From positions 156,178,001 through 156,242,000 of the forward strand of contig NC_043000.1 in the NCBI RefSeq assembly GCF_006345805.1: 64,000 nt of DNA. Reading direction: 5' to 3'. Source of the DNA: Octopus sinensis (taxonomy: Eukaryota). The notes under the pieces were generated by a model. It searched no databases. It was not told the DNA's origin and was given only the letters and a program-made list of their open reading frames with translations. Below, piece by piece: positions 50,670 to 63,860 of this stretch; positions within the stretch are counted from its first letter, which is position 1, and every line of letters starts with the position of its first letter. The position numbers and the translations under genes were made by a program.

Positions 50670-51055
50670 TCTGTTTTTATAGTGTGACAGTTAAAGGCAG
50701 TGAGCTGGCAGAATCATTAGCATGCCGGGCGAAATGCTTAGCAGTATTTCGTCTGCCTTTACATTCTGAGTTCAAATACTGCCAAGGTCGACTTTGCCTG
50801 TCATCCTTTCGAGGTTGATAAATTAAATACCAATTGCATACTAGGGTCGATCTAATTGACTGGCCCCGCTCCCCACAAAAATTTCAGGACTTCAGCTTAT
50901 AGTAGGAAAGTATACTGTGACAGTTAAAGAAGGGTAAAAACTGATAACTATATAAATCCAGCCAAAACATCTCAGTGACGCAAATGTAAACAGAATTACT
51001 ATTTAGCCTTAAAATACTTTGTACATATTCAGAGAACCCTCTTGGTTTAGTGGCA

Positions 51056-51259
51056 CTCTCTTTACTCTTTTACTTGTTTCAGTCATTTGACTGCGGCCAT
51101 GCTCGAGCACCTCGATCCCGGGACTTATTCTTCGTAAGCCCAGTACTTATTCTATTGGTCTCTTTTGCCGAACCGCTAAGTGACGGGGACGTAAACACAC
51201 CAGCATCGGTTGTCAAGCAATGCTAGAGGGACAAACACAGACACACAAACACACACACA

Positions 51260-51298
<39 letters not shown>

Positions 51299-51730
51299 TA
51301 CATACATGTATACGACAGGCTTCTTTAAGTTTTCGTCTACCAAATCCACTCACAAGGCATTGGTCGGCCCGGGGCTATAGCAGAAGACACTTGCCCAAGG
51401 TGCCACGCAGTGGGACTGAACCTTGGACCATGTGGTTGGTAAGCAAGCTACTTACCACACAGCCACCCCTGCACCTATGAAACGTTTTTCATAGAACGTT
51501 TTTCTCATATTCTTTTATTCTTTTACTTGTTTCAGTCATTTGATGGTGGAGCACCACCCTTTAGTCGAAGAAATTGACCCCAGGACTTATTGCCTGTAAG
51601 GCTGGTGCTTATTCTATCAGGCTTTTCTGCTGAACAGCAAAGTTACAGGGATGTAAACACACCAACACTGGTTGTCAAGCAATGGTGGTGGGGGTACAAA
51701 CACAGACACATTCATGTGTGTGTGTGTGTG
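51056..51730 (-). mobile_element. Two adjacent family A SINEs (51056-51477 and a decayed partial copy at 51510-51730)
   Basis: Homology to family A. Confidence 0.85.
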
Positions 51731-53173
51731 TGTCTTTTAGTTTTTGTTTACTTATACACATCAACAAATGAACCAATTGAACAACTCTGTGTGGTTGTTC
51801 AATGTGCTAGAAATAGCAGCCAAATCTCTCTCATACTATGTTCTTGTTAGTATCAAGGAAAAGGAAAAATAGAATTAATATTTTTGATTTTGCTTGGTTC
51901 TATGAATTTAATCTTTTATTAATACTTTCATCCATTACTTGATACAAGAAAAAAGAAATTGGAAAAATCCTGACCAAAACAGAAATTGTCACTTAACAAA
52001 AATATAGAAAGAGAAAGAAAAGATTCTATTTGAAAGCCAAAAGATGTTCTTTAGCTGAGGTGTAATTTTATAATTGAAACAAATTCAAAATTTAAATTTC
52101 AGAACATAAGACTTAACATGTTATCTGGTGTATGACCAAATTCAAATGGGTAGAAGACCTAAAACAAATGTGTATGTATGTATGTTACATGTGTGTATGT
52201 GTGTATGTTGCGTGTGTGTATGTGTGTTGTGTGTGGTCGGGCCTTTAATAGCCAGGGATCAATTTCAGTTCAATTGTAGGAAGGAATTCAGCCACTCTCT
52301 CTCTCTCTCTCTCTTTCTCACTTCCTCTCTCCCTTGCTCGATACACGTGTCAAATTTAAGCATCTTAATTTTCCTATTAAGATCATTGCTGCTTCGGTGG
52401 ACCAGTAGGCATGGGTGTTGAGAAGTAGTAATAACACATAAGTGCTGGTTTCAAATCTCTTCCAGAAATTACAAGAGATCTAGTTAGATTTTATTTAAGC
52501 AACAAAATGTCTTTCTCTTAAGTGTGACACATGCATCAGGTATGCAAAAAAAACACAAATTGGCGTATTAATTATTATTGATAATAAGCTTCTAGGAGCA
52601 AGACTTAATTCATATCTCCATGAGTTGGCAATAAAGAAATGAACACCAACACTTCAAGATCAGTGGCTATACACTCGCCAGTAAACCAGAGGTAAAACAA
52701 GATAAATACTAAAAATTTTCAGACCTATTCAATAAAATACAAAAATGATGATGATGATGATGATGACAATGATGGTAAAAGTGGCAGTAACAACAATGAT
52801 AAAAATCTTTAAAATTTTTAAACCTTTAATTATTTACCAACCAGCATCATCACTGAAGTAGACAATAAACTTATATTTCACTAATGAGGCCTAATAAGAC
52901 TGAAACATGTGTGAAGTTGTCACCTATCTGTTAAAGATTGGACTCATTCCCAACTGCATTTTACATTTAAACTATTGGAGCTATCTCCCTTGGCCTTACA
53001 TCCATCAATCCATCCATGCATACATACATTCACATGTACGCACACATGCATACATAAATATATACATACATCCACACATACATACAAACATACATATGTT
53101 TAGGTAATGATTGTTCACATCACTAAGACTGTAAGATAGTGAAAAGTAGTGACAGTGGACAGTGATAACAATT

Positions 53174-53512
53174 GAGACCCCCTTTGGTCATGACTAACCG
53201 TGGGATTGCACCTAGAAAGTTTCCTTCCCAGGCACAAGTCCGGGTAAGGTTGTTTATGGAAGACCAGCAGTCGCCCATGCATACCAGCCTCCGCTCTCCA
53301 TGCCACCAGTGTTATCCAATGGAAAGACAAAGGCTGATACAGCTTGACACCTGTGATGTCACAACTCATTTCTACAGCTGAGTGAACTGGAGCAATGTGA
53401 AATAAAGTGTCTTGCTCAAGAACACAACACACAGCCCGGACCGGGATTCGAACTCACAATCTCACGATCATAAGCTCGACGCTCTAACCACTGAGCCATG
53501 CGCCTTCACAGT
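53174..53512 (-). mobile_element. tRNA-derived SINE family D
   Basis: Reverse-complement homolog of 40963-41302. Confidence 0.85.
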
Positions 53513-53611
53513 GATGACAGTAACAACAACAATAATAATAATAATTATAATGATAATGGTAGGGATAATAATGGTGCTACTGATGTTAGAAATAGCAGCT
53601 CAAGAGTTTAC

Positions 53612-53815
53612 CTGAAGTTGGGAAATGCCTCGCTGATAATGAGTTAAAGCCTCACCAATCATTGAAGACAGATTGTTCTTTGTTGATTGAGAGCTGATGC
53701 TTGTGGTTCCAGTGTCACATTGGTGTGGTTTGTTGAGAGCCCCAGTCAGCAGGCTATCACCAAGACATAGATCATGGAGCCCCGACAGCCAAAAGTAAAA
53801 ATGCTCAGAAGCCAC
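53612..53815 (-). CDS. INTS7: INTS7 coding exon VASEHFYFWLSGL...HYQRGISQLQ
   Basis: ttccag acceptor, CAG|gtaaac donor, 204 nt. VASEHFYFWL is the INTS7 signature. Confidence 0.96.
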
Positions 53816-54659
53816 CTGGAAATTGAGAAAAATATCCAGTCAGATTTAAAAAGAAAACAAACACAAATGAAACACACAATAAAAGTAAAACATGGCACGT
53901 AAAAAGCACCCAGCACACTCTGTTAAATGGTTGGCATTAGGAAGAGCATCCAGCCTCAACAGACAGCTGGAGCCTGAATAGTAACCTGCTAGCTAGCTCC
54001 ATGTAAAACCATCTAACCCATGCCAGCATGGAAAGTGGGTGTTAAACAATAATAATGATGATGATGATGATGATAGATGTTTATAAATTATCGTATTTTA
54101 ACTTGCCTAAGGTACGATGCAGTGGAACTGAACCCAGAACTAAGTGGTTGGGAAGCAAATTTCTTACCATACAGCCATACCTAGCACTTATATGGACAGA
54201 AACAACAAATTAACCTCTCTCCCTCTCCATACTGGTATTTCCCATCAACTGTAAACTCCAGCCTTGTTCAATTCATCACTCATTCATCTCTACCACCAAG
54301 TGTTACTCTCACCTCAACTCTTATGAAACAACCCATCCTCTCCTTCCCCCTCTCTACAATCTTTATCTCCTTCCCAGTTACACCTGCCCACCCTCATGTC
54401 GTGTGGGGTAGCCATATATCTTCTCCATAACAAGGTACCTGCGCTAGTCTCTTTATTATACTGTAATCCTTTAGCATTTAAACTGGCCAGATCTGGCCCA
54501 AATATTCTATGTTTTATGTTCAAACTGACCAGATCTAGATTCTCACACCTATCCTACAATGTCATTCTAAATATATACAATTACATCATCAAAATGCCAA
54601 AGCCACAAGTTAATGCATGATTGATTCAAAATGATGTGAATAAATAAGCATTGTGCGTG

Positions 54660-55140
54660 AGAAGACCCGGCAGGACAAGTGAGGCCATAATCCCGTGGCC
54701 TACACCTTATGCATTCCTGTCCTTCTTGGGACACAAAACTCCACTTGTGAAGACCTGTTGAGGCAAGTGAAGATCAAAATCAAAATCGTAATCTATCAAC
54801 ATCAATGGAATTTGTAGCTGTGATACCAGTGCCGGTGGCACGTAAGAGAACCATCCAAACGTGGCCATAGCCAGCGCCGCCCGACTGGCCTCCATGCCGG
54901 TGGCATGTAAAAAGCACCATCTGACTGTGGCCGTTGCCAGCTTCGTCTGGTCCCCATGCCAGTGGCACGTAAAAAGCACCCACTACACTCACGGAGTGGT
55001 TGGCATTAGGAAGGGCATCCAGCTGTAGAAACACTGCCAGATCAGACTGGGCCTGGTGCAGCCTTCTAGCTTCCCAGACCTCAGTTGAACCGTCCAACCC
55101 ATGCCAGCATGAAAGCGGATGTTAAATGATGATGATGATG
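54660..55140 (+). mobile_element. SINE family E (TTAGGAAGGGCATCCAGC core, ~50-bp internal tandem repeats, (GAT)n tail); representative copy
   Basis: Other copies at ~26240-26670 (+), 36636-37000 (-), 39150-39495 (+), 42790-42960 (+), 46980-47350 (+), 49540-49805 (+), 53890-54075 (+), 55290-55460 (+), 61490-61865 (+), 62620-63000 (-). Confidence 0.8.
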
Positions 55141-55464
55141 CATTTGATGGAGTAATCTCAATGTTAAATGGCTAAACTGTCACCACCTAACATAAAAACT
55201 ACCTCTCCCTCTCAACTCTCAAATACTACTCCAAGTCGAGGGTTTTTTTTTCCTGCTCTTTTACTATCTCGGCTTCCTCACTAGCTCTGGCAGCATGAGA
55301 AAGTTACCCAGTACGCAATGTAAAGTGGTTGGCATTTGGGAAGGCATCCAGCCATAGAAGCCATGTCAAATGTGGCACAGCCCTGTGGTCCACCAGATCC
55401 TGTGAAACAAGCCATCCCATGCCAGCAAGGAAAAATATACGTTAAATGATGATGATGACGACGG

Positions 55465-55633
55465 TGCAGGAGTGGCTGTGTGGTAAGTAGCTTGCCTACC
55501 AACCACATGGTTCCGGGTTCAGTCCCACTGCGTGGCACCTTGGGCAAGTGTCTTCTACTATAGCCTCGGGCCGACCAAAGCCTTGTGAGTGGATTTGGTA
55601 GACGGAAACTGAAAGAAGCCCGTCGTATATATG

Positions 55634-55666
<33 letters not shown>

Positions 55667-55874
55667 ATGTTTGTGTGTCTGTGTCTGTCCACCTAGCATT
55701 GCTTGACAACCGATGCTGGTGTGTTTATGTCCCCGTCACTTAGCGGTTCGGCAAAAAGAGACCGATAGAATAAGTACTGGGCTTACAAAGAATAAGTCCC
55801 GGGTTCGAGTTGCTCGACTAAAGGCGGTGCTCCAGCATGGCCGCAGTCAAATGACTGAAACAAATAAAAAAAAT
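55465..55874 (+). mobile_element. SINE family A, the only intronic copy antisense to INTS7
   Basis: Full-length homolog. Confidence 0.9.
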
Positions 55875-56562
55875 AAACCTTCTGAAATTTGTGTGCTCTC
55901 CCAATCAAGTGAATCCAAAATGGAATAAAGGGAAAGAAAAAAAAAATCAGTCCTCTTCAGTAAGTTGTTTTAATAACCATAGGAGGATGAAAGGTTAAAG
56001 TTTACTTAAGAGAGATTCGAACTCTGATCCAAGATAAACTGAACCTCTTAATCATGTATCGGCATCTGCTTTACACCGTGGTATTAGTGATTCTTAGGTT
56101 AAGAGTTAGAGGCAAGGGACATTACTCTTTGTAGCACAGTGGAGCTGGCTGAGTAAAATCGAGGTAATAAAGCGTTGTCGTTGTTGTGGCTTAGTCTGAA
56201 GTCAGTCCGAATAGAGAATACCTATGATCTAAAACCTTTCGTATATTAGAGAAAACATTGTCTAATATGCTCTTTTGCTTTTTTTTTTTTTTTAATGGCA
56301 GGTAAAAGAAAGGGCATGCAGCCATGGAAACGCGGCTCACCACATTCCATCTGATATTTGCAAGCATGGAAAAGTGGATGTTAAAACGATGATGATGATG
56401 ATAGTGTGATTTGAAAGCGATTTGGCTAAAAAACCTAGCAGCTTTAGTGACCACACACAATATACAAATCAGGCATAGATAACCTTTCTCAAGAAGCAGG
56501 CCACATGAGACATGGCTGTCATCAAGTAGGCTGCATTAGTAAACAAATTCAAGGTAAGTTTC

Positions 56563-57130
56563 TGTAGTGATCCTATACAACGGCGCGCGCTTGCGCACCG
56601 TCCATTTGTATTTCGCGCGTGCGGGGTTGGTGCTTTCACCACCGGAAGAAGAACCCTTTTGCCTACGTAGCAGTTAGCCGAGGCAAGGGGATCGTAAGAC
56701 GTTGACCACCAGCGTCCAGCAAGCAGCGGTTTGAGACAGCAACGACTGAAGGCGACGGTCACGTATATTTTCTCTCCGTCCGAACTTGATTCTAGCAGCA
56801 CCATACCAAAAGGCCTTTAACCAAATTGTTGCAGACCACATCTCCCTGTTCCGGACGCCATCTTTGACCAGTGTCGTTTTGCATTTGAACACTTTCTTAT
56901 TTTACAGCGATAAGGCTCAGCACTGACACATTTATACCAAAGGGATACCAGATAACCACTTATTGTTACTGTTACCACATTAGAGAATAAAGTAGTATAT
57001 ATATATTTTACGTCTGCGTCTTGTTGTTTCTGACTGGTAGAATTCTGGATTATTAAAGCAACGGCTAGTGATTGCTTTCTTGTACCCCGAAAGTACAAGA
57101 GAAGATTATATTCACACTAAGTTCGTTACA
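56563..57130 (+). mobile_element. Solo LTR (568 bp), CpG-rich
   Basis: TGTA...TACA termini, 4-bp flanking repeat TTTC, internal AATAAA near 56985, abrupt rise in CpG compared with the intron. Confidence 0.65.
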
Positions 57131-57531
57131 TTTCCATTAGGCATGCAGTTTAGAACACCATGCAGGTGTAGTTTACCCATGACTGGTATAATCTGTAGTT
57201 GAGGGTAACTATTTCTCATAAACGCAGAGATTTAGAAAGTCAAAAGACTGGGCAATGGGAAAGAGAAAAGATGCTTTTCTCATGTCATTTTTGTGGACTT
57301 TTCTAAAGTAACAGCAGATGATACAAATCTTAACATTGTCCCAATAATAGGCATTTGTTAGATATGCACAAAGAGAGATATTTACAGATAAAGAATATCA
57401 AATTATGTGATATTCATGGATTTTCTATAATGGTATCAAGAATAAACAGGCACTCTGTTGATTACGACAATGAGTGTTGCAGTTAAGCCTGAAGTTAAGA
57501 TGCAAGTGGCTGAGTACTCCACAGATATACT

Positions 57532-57730
57532 TTTCTACTCTTTCACTTGTTTCAGTCATGTGACTGTGGCCATGCTGGAGCACCACCTTTAGTCGAGCAA
57601 ATTGACCCCAGGACTTATTCTTTGTAAGCTAGTACTTATTCCATCAGTCTCTTTTGCAAAACCGCTAAGTTACGGGGACGTAAACACACTAGCATCAGTT
57701 GTCAAGCGATGTTGGGGGGGACAAACACAG

Positions 57731-57814
<84 letters not shown>

Positions 57815-58010
57815 CGGACGTTAAACGATGATGATGATGACATATATACGACGGGCTTTCCGTTTCCGTCTACTAAATCCACTCACAAGGCTTTGGTTGG
57901 CCTGAAGCTATAGTAGAAGACACTTGCCCAAGGTGCCACACAGTGGGGCTGAACCCGGGACCATGTGGTTTGTAAGCAAGCTACTTGCCACACAGCCATT
58001 CCTATGCCTA
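57532..58010 (-). mobile_element. SINE family A (intronic)
   Basis: Full-length homolog with an extra GATGAT segment in the centre. Confidence 0.88.
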
Positions 58011-58724
58011 TGTATAACCTTAACGTAGTTCTTAGGGAGAGTTCACATGACACAATGCGACAAGGCTGACTCTTTGAAATACACATACAACTCATTCCTG
58101 CCAGGTAAGTTTAGTGGAGCAACGTGGAATAAAGCATCTTACTCAAGGACAAAATGAGCCACCGGGAATCGAACACACGACCTTACATCTCAAAAATACA
58201 AACAGCTGATATACCCATAACAGTAATTGAAACCAGAACACTGGACTCAGTGCTTGCCACACACTAATATCAAATTTAGATTTTGAAATATATGTAATAT
58301 CAAAAATAAAGTCTTTAAATTACCATAAATCTTATAATTTGAACATCATAATTTTTGGTGCTTTGAACTTTGCCAACAGATTTCAGAAAGAGCAAGGTTA
58401 TGTTCTAAAGGAAATTAAGCATTTCTTTTATGTTGGCTGTGATGTTTTATAAATTATCATATTTTAACATGTATAAGGAACCCTTGTGTATTAAGGAACC
58501 CTCTAATTTTGGGGGCTTAAAATTTGGAAAAAAGGTTTTGTAACGGATTATAATATTATCCATGTATAAGAAACTCCCATGTTTTTTTTTACCTAATTTT
58601 TGATAAAAAACGGGTTCCTTACAAATGTTAAAATATGGTAAATGTTATAGCCAACAGAATCAACTCCAATACAGTGTTGTATATTTAGTTGGAATGTGCC
58701 TATGATCTTTACAGCCAAGTATAT

Positions 58725-58945
58725 AGAATATACTAGCCAAGTACAAGGGATGTACAAGTCAGGTACATGTGTACCAGTCAGGTACAGATGTACTTGCCGA
58801 GTACACAAGACATGATAGCCAAGTACAGCTGTAGTAACCAAGTACAAGGAATGTAGTAACTAAATATTGAAGATGTAATTGGTAAGTATAGAAATATTAG
58901 TCAAGTAGCTGCCATGTATAGGAGATGTACTGGCCAAGTACAAGG
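58725..58945. repeat. Degenerate ~20-bp minisatellite (TAGCCAAGTACAAGG/ATGTAC)
   Basis: Repeated CCAAGTACA motif. Confidence 0.6.
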
Positions 58946-59653
58946 CTTGTATGAGCTGAGAATAATTTTTATAATAAAGAACTATAACTGCTTGAATTAT
59001 TTTTCAGTGTATTACCTATATCTATTTGATTAACATTACAGAGATCAAAGGCAAAGTTGATCCCCCAAGGATATATATGGATACATACATACATCCATAT
59101 ATATATATATGTATATATAGTCAATTCAAATAAATGAGTAAAAATTAATGGACAAGAAGAGGTGAAAAGAGAGAGTTTGACATTTTGAGTATAGTTCTTC
59201 GTCAGAAAGGAGAAAGGGAAAAGTCCAAAGAAGGAAAAGAAATTGCCAACACACATGATGAGTATACAGGAATAAATTATCCAGGTGGGTACTATAAGAG
59301 CTTTCAGTAATAGTCTGGGTTCATACTTAGAAGTAAACTAAAAAATTAGTAGAGGCTGGTGCTTGACCATTGTCAATTCCCTATCCTTTACCTAAACTAT
59401 CCATATGAAAAAGACATCCTACAAGTAACTCATAAGTCATGGGTTCAAATCCATTGCAAGATTCCAGTGCAGAATAATAAACTGTATAAACCTTAGCGCA
59501 ACTCTTCTTGAGAAAGTTATCTGTGATAGATTACCATTTTATGCAGGGGCGTTCTCTCATATGTATATGAGAGATAGATTTAGCCTGGATAAGGGTGTAT
59601 AAAAACCAGAAACAATACTACCATGATTCATTGCTAGATTACTAATGGTATGT

Positions 59654-60040
59654 GGAGGCGCAATGGCCCAGTGGTTAGGGCAGCGGACTCCTGGTCGTAC
59701 GATCGCGGTTTCGATTCCCAGACCGGGCGTTGTGAGTGTTTATTGAGCGAAAACACCTAAAGCTCCACGAGGCTCCGGCAGGGGTGGTGGTGATCCCTGC
59801 TGTACTCTTTCACCACAACTTTCTCTCACTCTTACTTCTTGTTTCTGTTGTACCTGTATTTCAAAGGGCCGGCCTTGTCACTCTCTGTGTCACACTGAAT
59901 ATCCCCGAGAATTATGTTAAGGGTACACGTGTCTGTGGAGTGCTCAGCCACTTACACGTTAATTTCACGAGCAGGCTGTTCCATTGATCGGATCAACCGG
60001 AACCCTCGTCGTCGTAACCGACGGAGTGCTTCCCTCCCCC
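59654..60040 (+). mobile_element. tRNA-derived SINE family C
   Basis: TSD ACTAATGGTATGT. Confidence 0.92.
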
Positions 60041-60220
60041 ACTAATGGTATGTTGGTCCAACCCATGCTAGTATGGAAAATGAATGTTAAATGATGTTGA
60101 GAATTTAGAACAAGTATTGTTAGAAAATTCAGAATTACAGTATTCTTTGTATCAAATTATGGCATAAAAAAGCTGAAATATAAAGAAAACACATATATTA
60201 CTAGTATATCATGAATTTAC

Positions 60221-60406
60221 CTTGTTCTTAATAGAACAGAGAAGATTGACAGCAATGTGATATTGTTGGTAACGCATGGCTTGACGGACAACACGATATG
60301 CTTGCCAGGCATCCCCCTGTGGAGCTGCTTGCATAACCAAGTTATGCAGGTTTTCAGGAAGATTTTCACCATGGGCCATAAGGAAGAGTAATGTGCAAAG
60401 TCGAGC
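60221..60406 (-). CDS. INTS7: INTS7 coding exon ARLCTLLFLM...AWQAYRVVRQAMRYQQYHIAVNLLCSIKNK
   Basis: tgtacag acceptor, AAG|gtaaat donor, 186 nt, phase 0/0. Matches INTS7 GWTVYRIARQASRMG. Confidence 0.93.
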
Positions 60407-60596
60407 CTGTACAAAAAGAAAAAAAAACACTTTGCAGATAATTTTGTTCTTGTAAAATTGAAATGTTTTTTATTGAAGAAATTGCATTTCATATTGACAA
60501 AATTTAGCCAAAATTTGATATGCAATTGTGTAACCCTACAGTTTGGTGGCTATAATCTAATTTTTTGTTCAAATAGCCAGACATCTGTGGATGGCT

Positions 60597-60967
60597 TACT
60601 CTTTTACTTGTTTCAGTCATTTGATTGCGGCCATGCTGGAGCACCGCCTTTAGTCGAGCAAATCAATCCCGGGACTTATTCTTTGTAAGCCCAGTACTTA
60701 TTCTATCGGTCTCTTTTGCCGAACCGCTAAGTTACGGGGACGTAAACACACCAGCATCGGTTGTCAACCAATGCTAGGGGAACAAACACAAACACATATA
60801 CATATATATACATATATACGACAGGCTTCTTTCAGTTTCCGTCTACCAAATCCACTCACAAGGCATTGGTCGGGGCTATAGCAGAAGACACTTGCCCAAG
60901 ATGCCATGCAGTGGGACTGAACCCAGAACCATGTGGTTGGTAAGCAAGCTACTTACCACACAGCCAC
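60597..60967 (-). mobile_element. SINE family A (intronic)
   Basis: Near full-length homolog. Confidence 0.9.
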
Positions 60968-62229
60968 AACACTTTCATTGAGAGTATATTTCTATCAAGG
61001 GTAACCATTACTTTTGTCTGGTAACCAAATTATTTCCCCTTTGTTACTTTTTTAAAAAATATAATTTCAGTCGAGAGAATCTGTGTTTGAGCTGACGGAA
61101 TCGTCACCGAACTGGAAAAGCGCTTAGTGGCATTTTTTCCCAGCTTTACGGTCTGCATTCAAATGCCGCCAGAGTTGTCTTTGCCTTTCGTTCTTTAGAG
61201 GTCAATAAAATAAGTACCAGTTGACCACTGGAGTTGATGTAATCCACTTGTCCCCTCCCCCAAATTTGCTGGCCTTGTGCCAAAATTAGAAACCAATATT
61301 AAACCTAAACAAGGCAGTGATTTGGCAGCATTGTTAGAATACCAAACAAAATGCTTGGCAGCATTTCGTGAGTCTTTACATTCTGAGTTCCAATTCCACA
61401 AGGGTCAGCTTTGCCTTTCACCCTTTCAGGGTTGATAAAATAGGTACCAGTTGAATGCTGGGGTTAATTTAATCAACTTAGCCTCTCCCTAAACCTGCTA
61501 GCCTTGTGCCCATCCGTTCGTGGCCATTGCCAGCCTCGCCTCGCCTCGCCCCTGTGCCGGTGGCACGTAAAAGTTCTATCCGTTCGTGGCCGTTGCCAGC
61601 CTCGCCTGGCCCCCGTGCTGGTGGTACGTAAAAGCACCATCCGTCCGTGGCTGTTTGCCAGCTCCGTCTGGCACCTGTGCGGGTGGCACGTAAAAAGTAC
61701 CCACTACACTCATGGAGTGGTTGGCGTTAGGAAGGGCATCCAGCTGTAGAAACACTGCCAGATCAGACTGGGCCTGATGCAGCCTTCTGGCTTCACAGAC
61801 CCCAGTTGAACCGTCCAACCCATGCTAGCATGGAAAACGGACGCTAAATGATGATGATGATGATTAAGCCTAAAACGAAAATTAAAACTGAGAGTTCTAA
61901 AATGTATGAAAAAGATCTTTACTCTGCTGTTATTATTATCCTCATTTTTGACATCTGTTTCCCATGCTTTCAGGAATTGGATAGATTCTTCTGTAACATA
62001 ACATCTCACCACTTGTTATCTTTTATTTCCTTCATGAAGTTCAGTCTCTTGAGATCAGCCTTTATCACTTTTCTCATATATTCCTCCACTTGGTTCACTT
62101 GGCGCTTCTTTACCAAATTGTTATCTTTCAAACTCATTACATGTTTGTCCTAATGGAAAGGTCTTTCTTGCACACTTCAGTCAATTCCATTTACACTCGC
62201 TGTGGTCTCTCACCTCTTGAGGGAACTCT

Positions 62230-62540
62230 TCTGATGAGGAGACTATGGTGGTTTGGTCACGCATTGCAGCATCCCCATGAAAAATTCATCTGGAAGACGA
62301 TAGCACCAGATCCTCTCCTGGGTTGGCATAAGGGGAGGGGTGGTCAGCTGAAGACATGGCTCATGACAGTCAAAGTAAATATGGAGCTTTGTTTTTGGCC
62401 CTCGACTCTTTGGCATTTGTTGCTGAACCAAGAATGGCTTCAAAGCGCTGCAGAATCGGCCACCAACAGACGTGCGCACACTACCTTGACCCATGATGCA
62501 GTGAACTCAACAGAAGCTGGCTTGACCCTTTCTGGGTGAA
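62230..62540 (+). mobile_element. Decayed RTE-type LINE 3' end, same family as 39945-40370
   Basis: RRLWWFGHALQH..GGQLKTWLMTVK; frameshifted. Confidence 0.72.
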
Positions 62541-63723
62541 TGCCATTACATGGCAAGAGAGACAAGACAGTTCCACTAATAATTTTTCTCTCAGTACATC
62601 TCATCCACTCTAACATCCAAAGAAGTAGCATCATCATTATTATTATCATTTAATGTCCATTGTCCATGCTGACATGGGTCAAACAGTTTGACTGGGCTGG
62701 TACACAGAAGGCTTCACTAGACTCCAGTCTGATTTGGCATGGTTTTCTATGGCTGGATGCCCTTCCTAACGCCAACCACTCCAAGAGTGTAATGGGTACT
62801 TTTATGTGCCACCGGGGTGTGTTCACATGTCACCAACATGGGTGCCAATTTGTGAGACACTGGTAACTGTCACAACTGTGGTTTTTCTCAGCTTGATGGG
62901 CCTTCCTTCTCAAGCAGGACATAATGCCAAAGGTCTTGGTCATTACCTCCATGAGGCCCAATAAAACTCTTTACTAACAGAGACAAAATCTCTTTTTTCC
63001 ACCATGTTCTTAATTTGGTCACTATACTTTTATGAACACCCATTACCTCTGTTGTGTAGGTCAATTAGATAACAAAAACTATCAACTAGCTTTAGGATTT
63101 CATGGATGCTCTTCCTACTATTTACTCCTGCGTATATGCTACATACATATTCCTTCTTTTCTGTCCAGCTGCCTCTGATCCCACAGTATCTCTTATCACC
63201 CATAATTTACATGGAGTACACAGCATAAAATTCCTACCAACATCATTTCTGCAAATCAAGCATGGCCACTTCTCAAGATGGCAGCTGAGTTCTGTATTGT
63301 TTTTCTGTTGTTTGTCTTTTATACCTCTTGATTTTAGGCTCTTTTCTTCTAATTAATTGATTTGGCTATGCAAACCAAGTTGTTGGCATATAGGAATTCC
63401 CATGAGCCAATTTTGAACTCCTCTACGATGGCTTGGAAAACCCCGAGAAACATGATGGGGCTGAGAATTGAGTCTTGACGGACACCTATCAGCACACCAA
63501 ATTCCTAACTAAACTCATTGTTGGTTTTCACTACAGTCATTTAGTTGCTTTAGTGACAGCCAGACTAAAAAGTGTGGAACTTTATCAAAGGCCTTCTTCA
63601 AGTCAAAAAAGGTTCTTAGCTAAAAGCAGCCACTATACTTAGCCTAGTGGAGTATGGTGGCTTGCTTTCATGAGATGAAAAGAAAAAAGGATATATTTTA
63701 TAATGAAAAGAAAATATCAATAC

Positions 63724-63860
63724 CTTCACTGAAGGATCAATAAAGTTTCCTTGCTCAGCAGAGAGAATATCCATCAGGATTGGTAATATTGGTTCCAATG
63801 CTGCACTATTTGTGGAACCAACAGCCGCCAAACTATCACAGACCAGTGCCATGTGAACAT
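63724..63860 (-). CDS. INTS7: INTS7 coding exon (most 5' exon in window; starts in phase 1): (D)VHMALVCDSLAAVG...FIDPSVK
   Basis: ctctctcag acceptor, AAG|gtattg donor, 137 nt. Resembles vertebrate INTS7 DAARILMCHCLAAIA as recalled, and joins the next exon in frame. Confidence 0.85.

Noticed and set aside
2869-61818. Dozens of recurring short ORFs (MSSNARGTNT..., MLGGQTQTH..., MVVIPAV..., YIYIYI, CVCVCV)
   Set aside because: They are translations of SINE families A-E and microsatellites, with no protein motifs or splice context.
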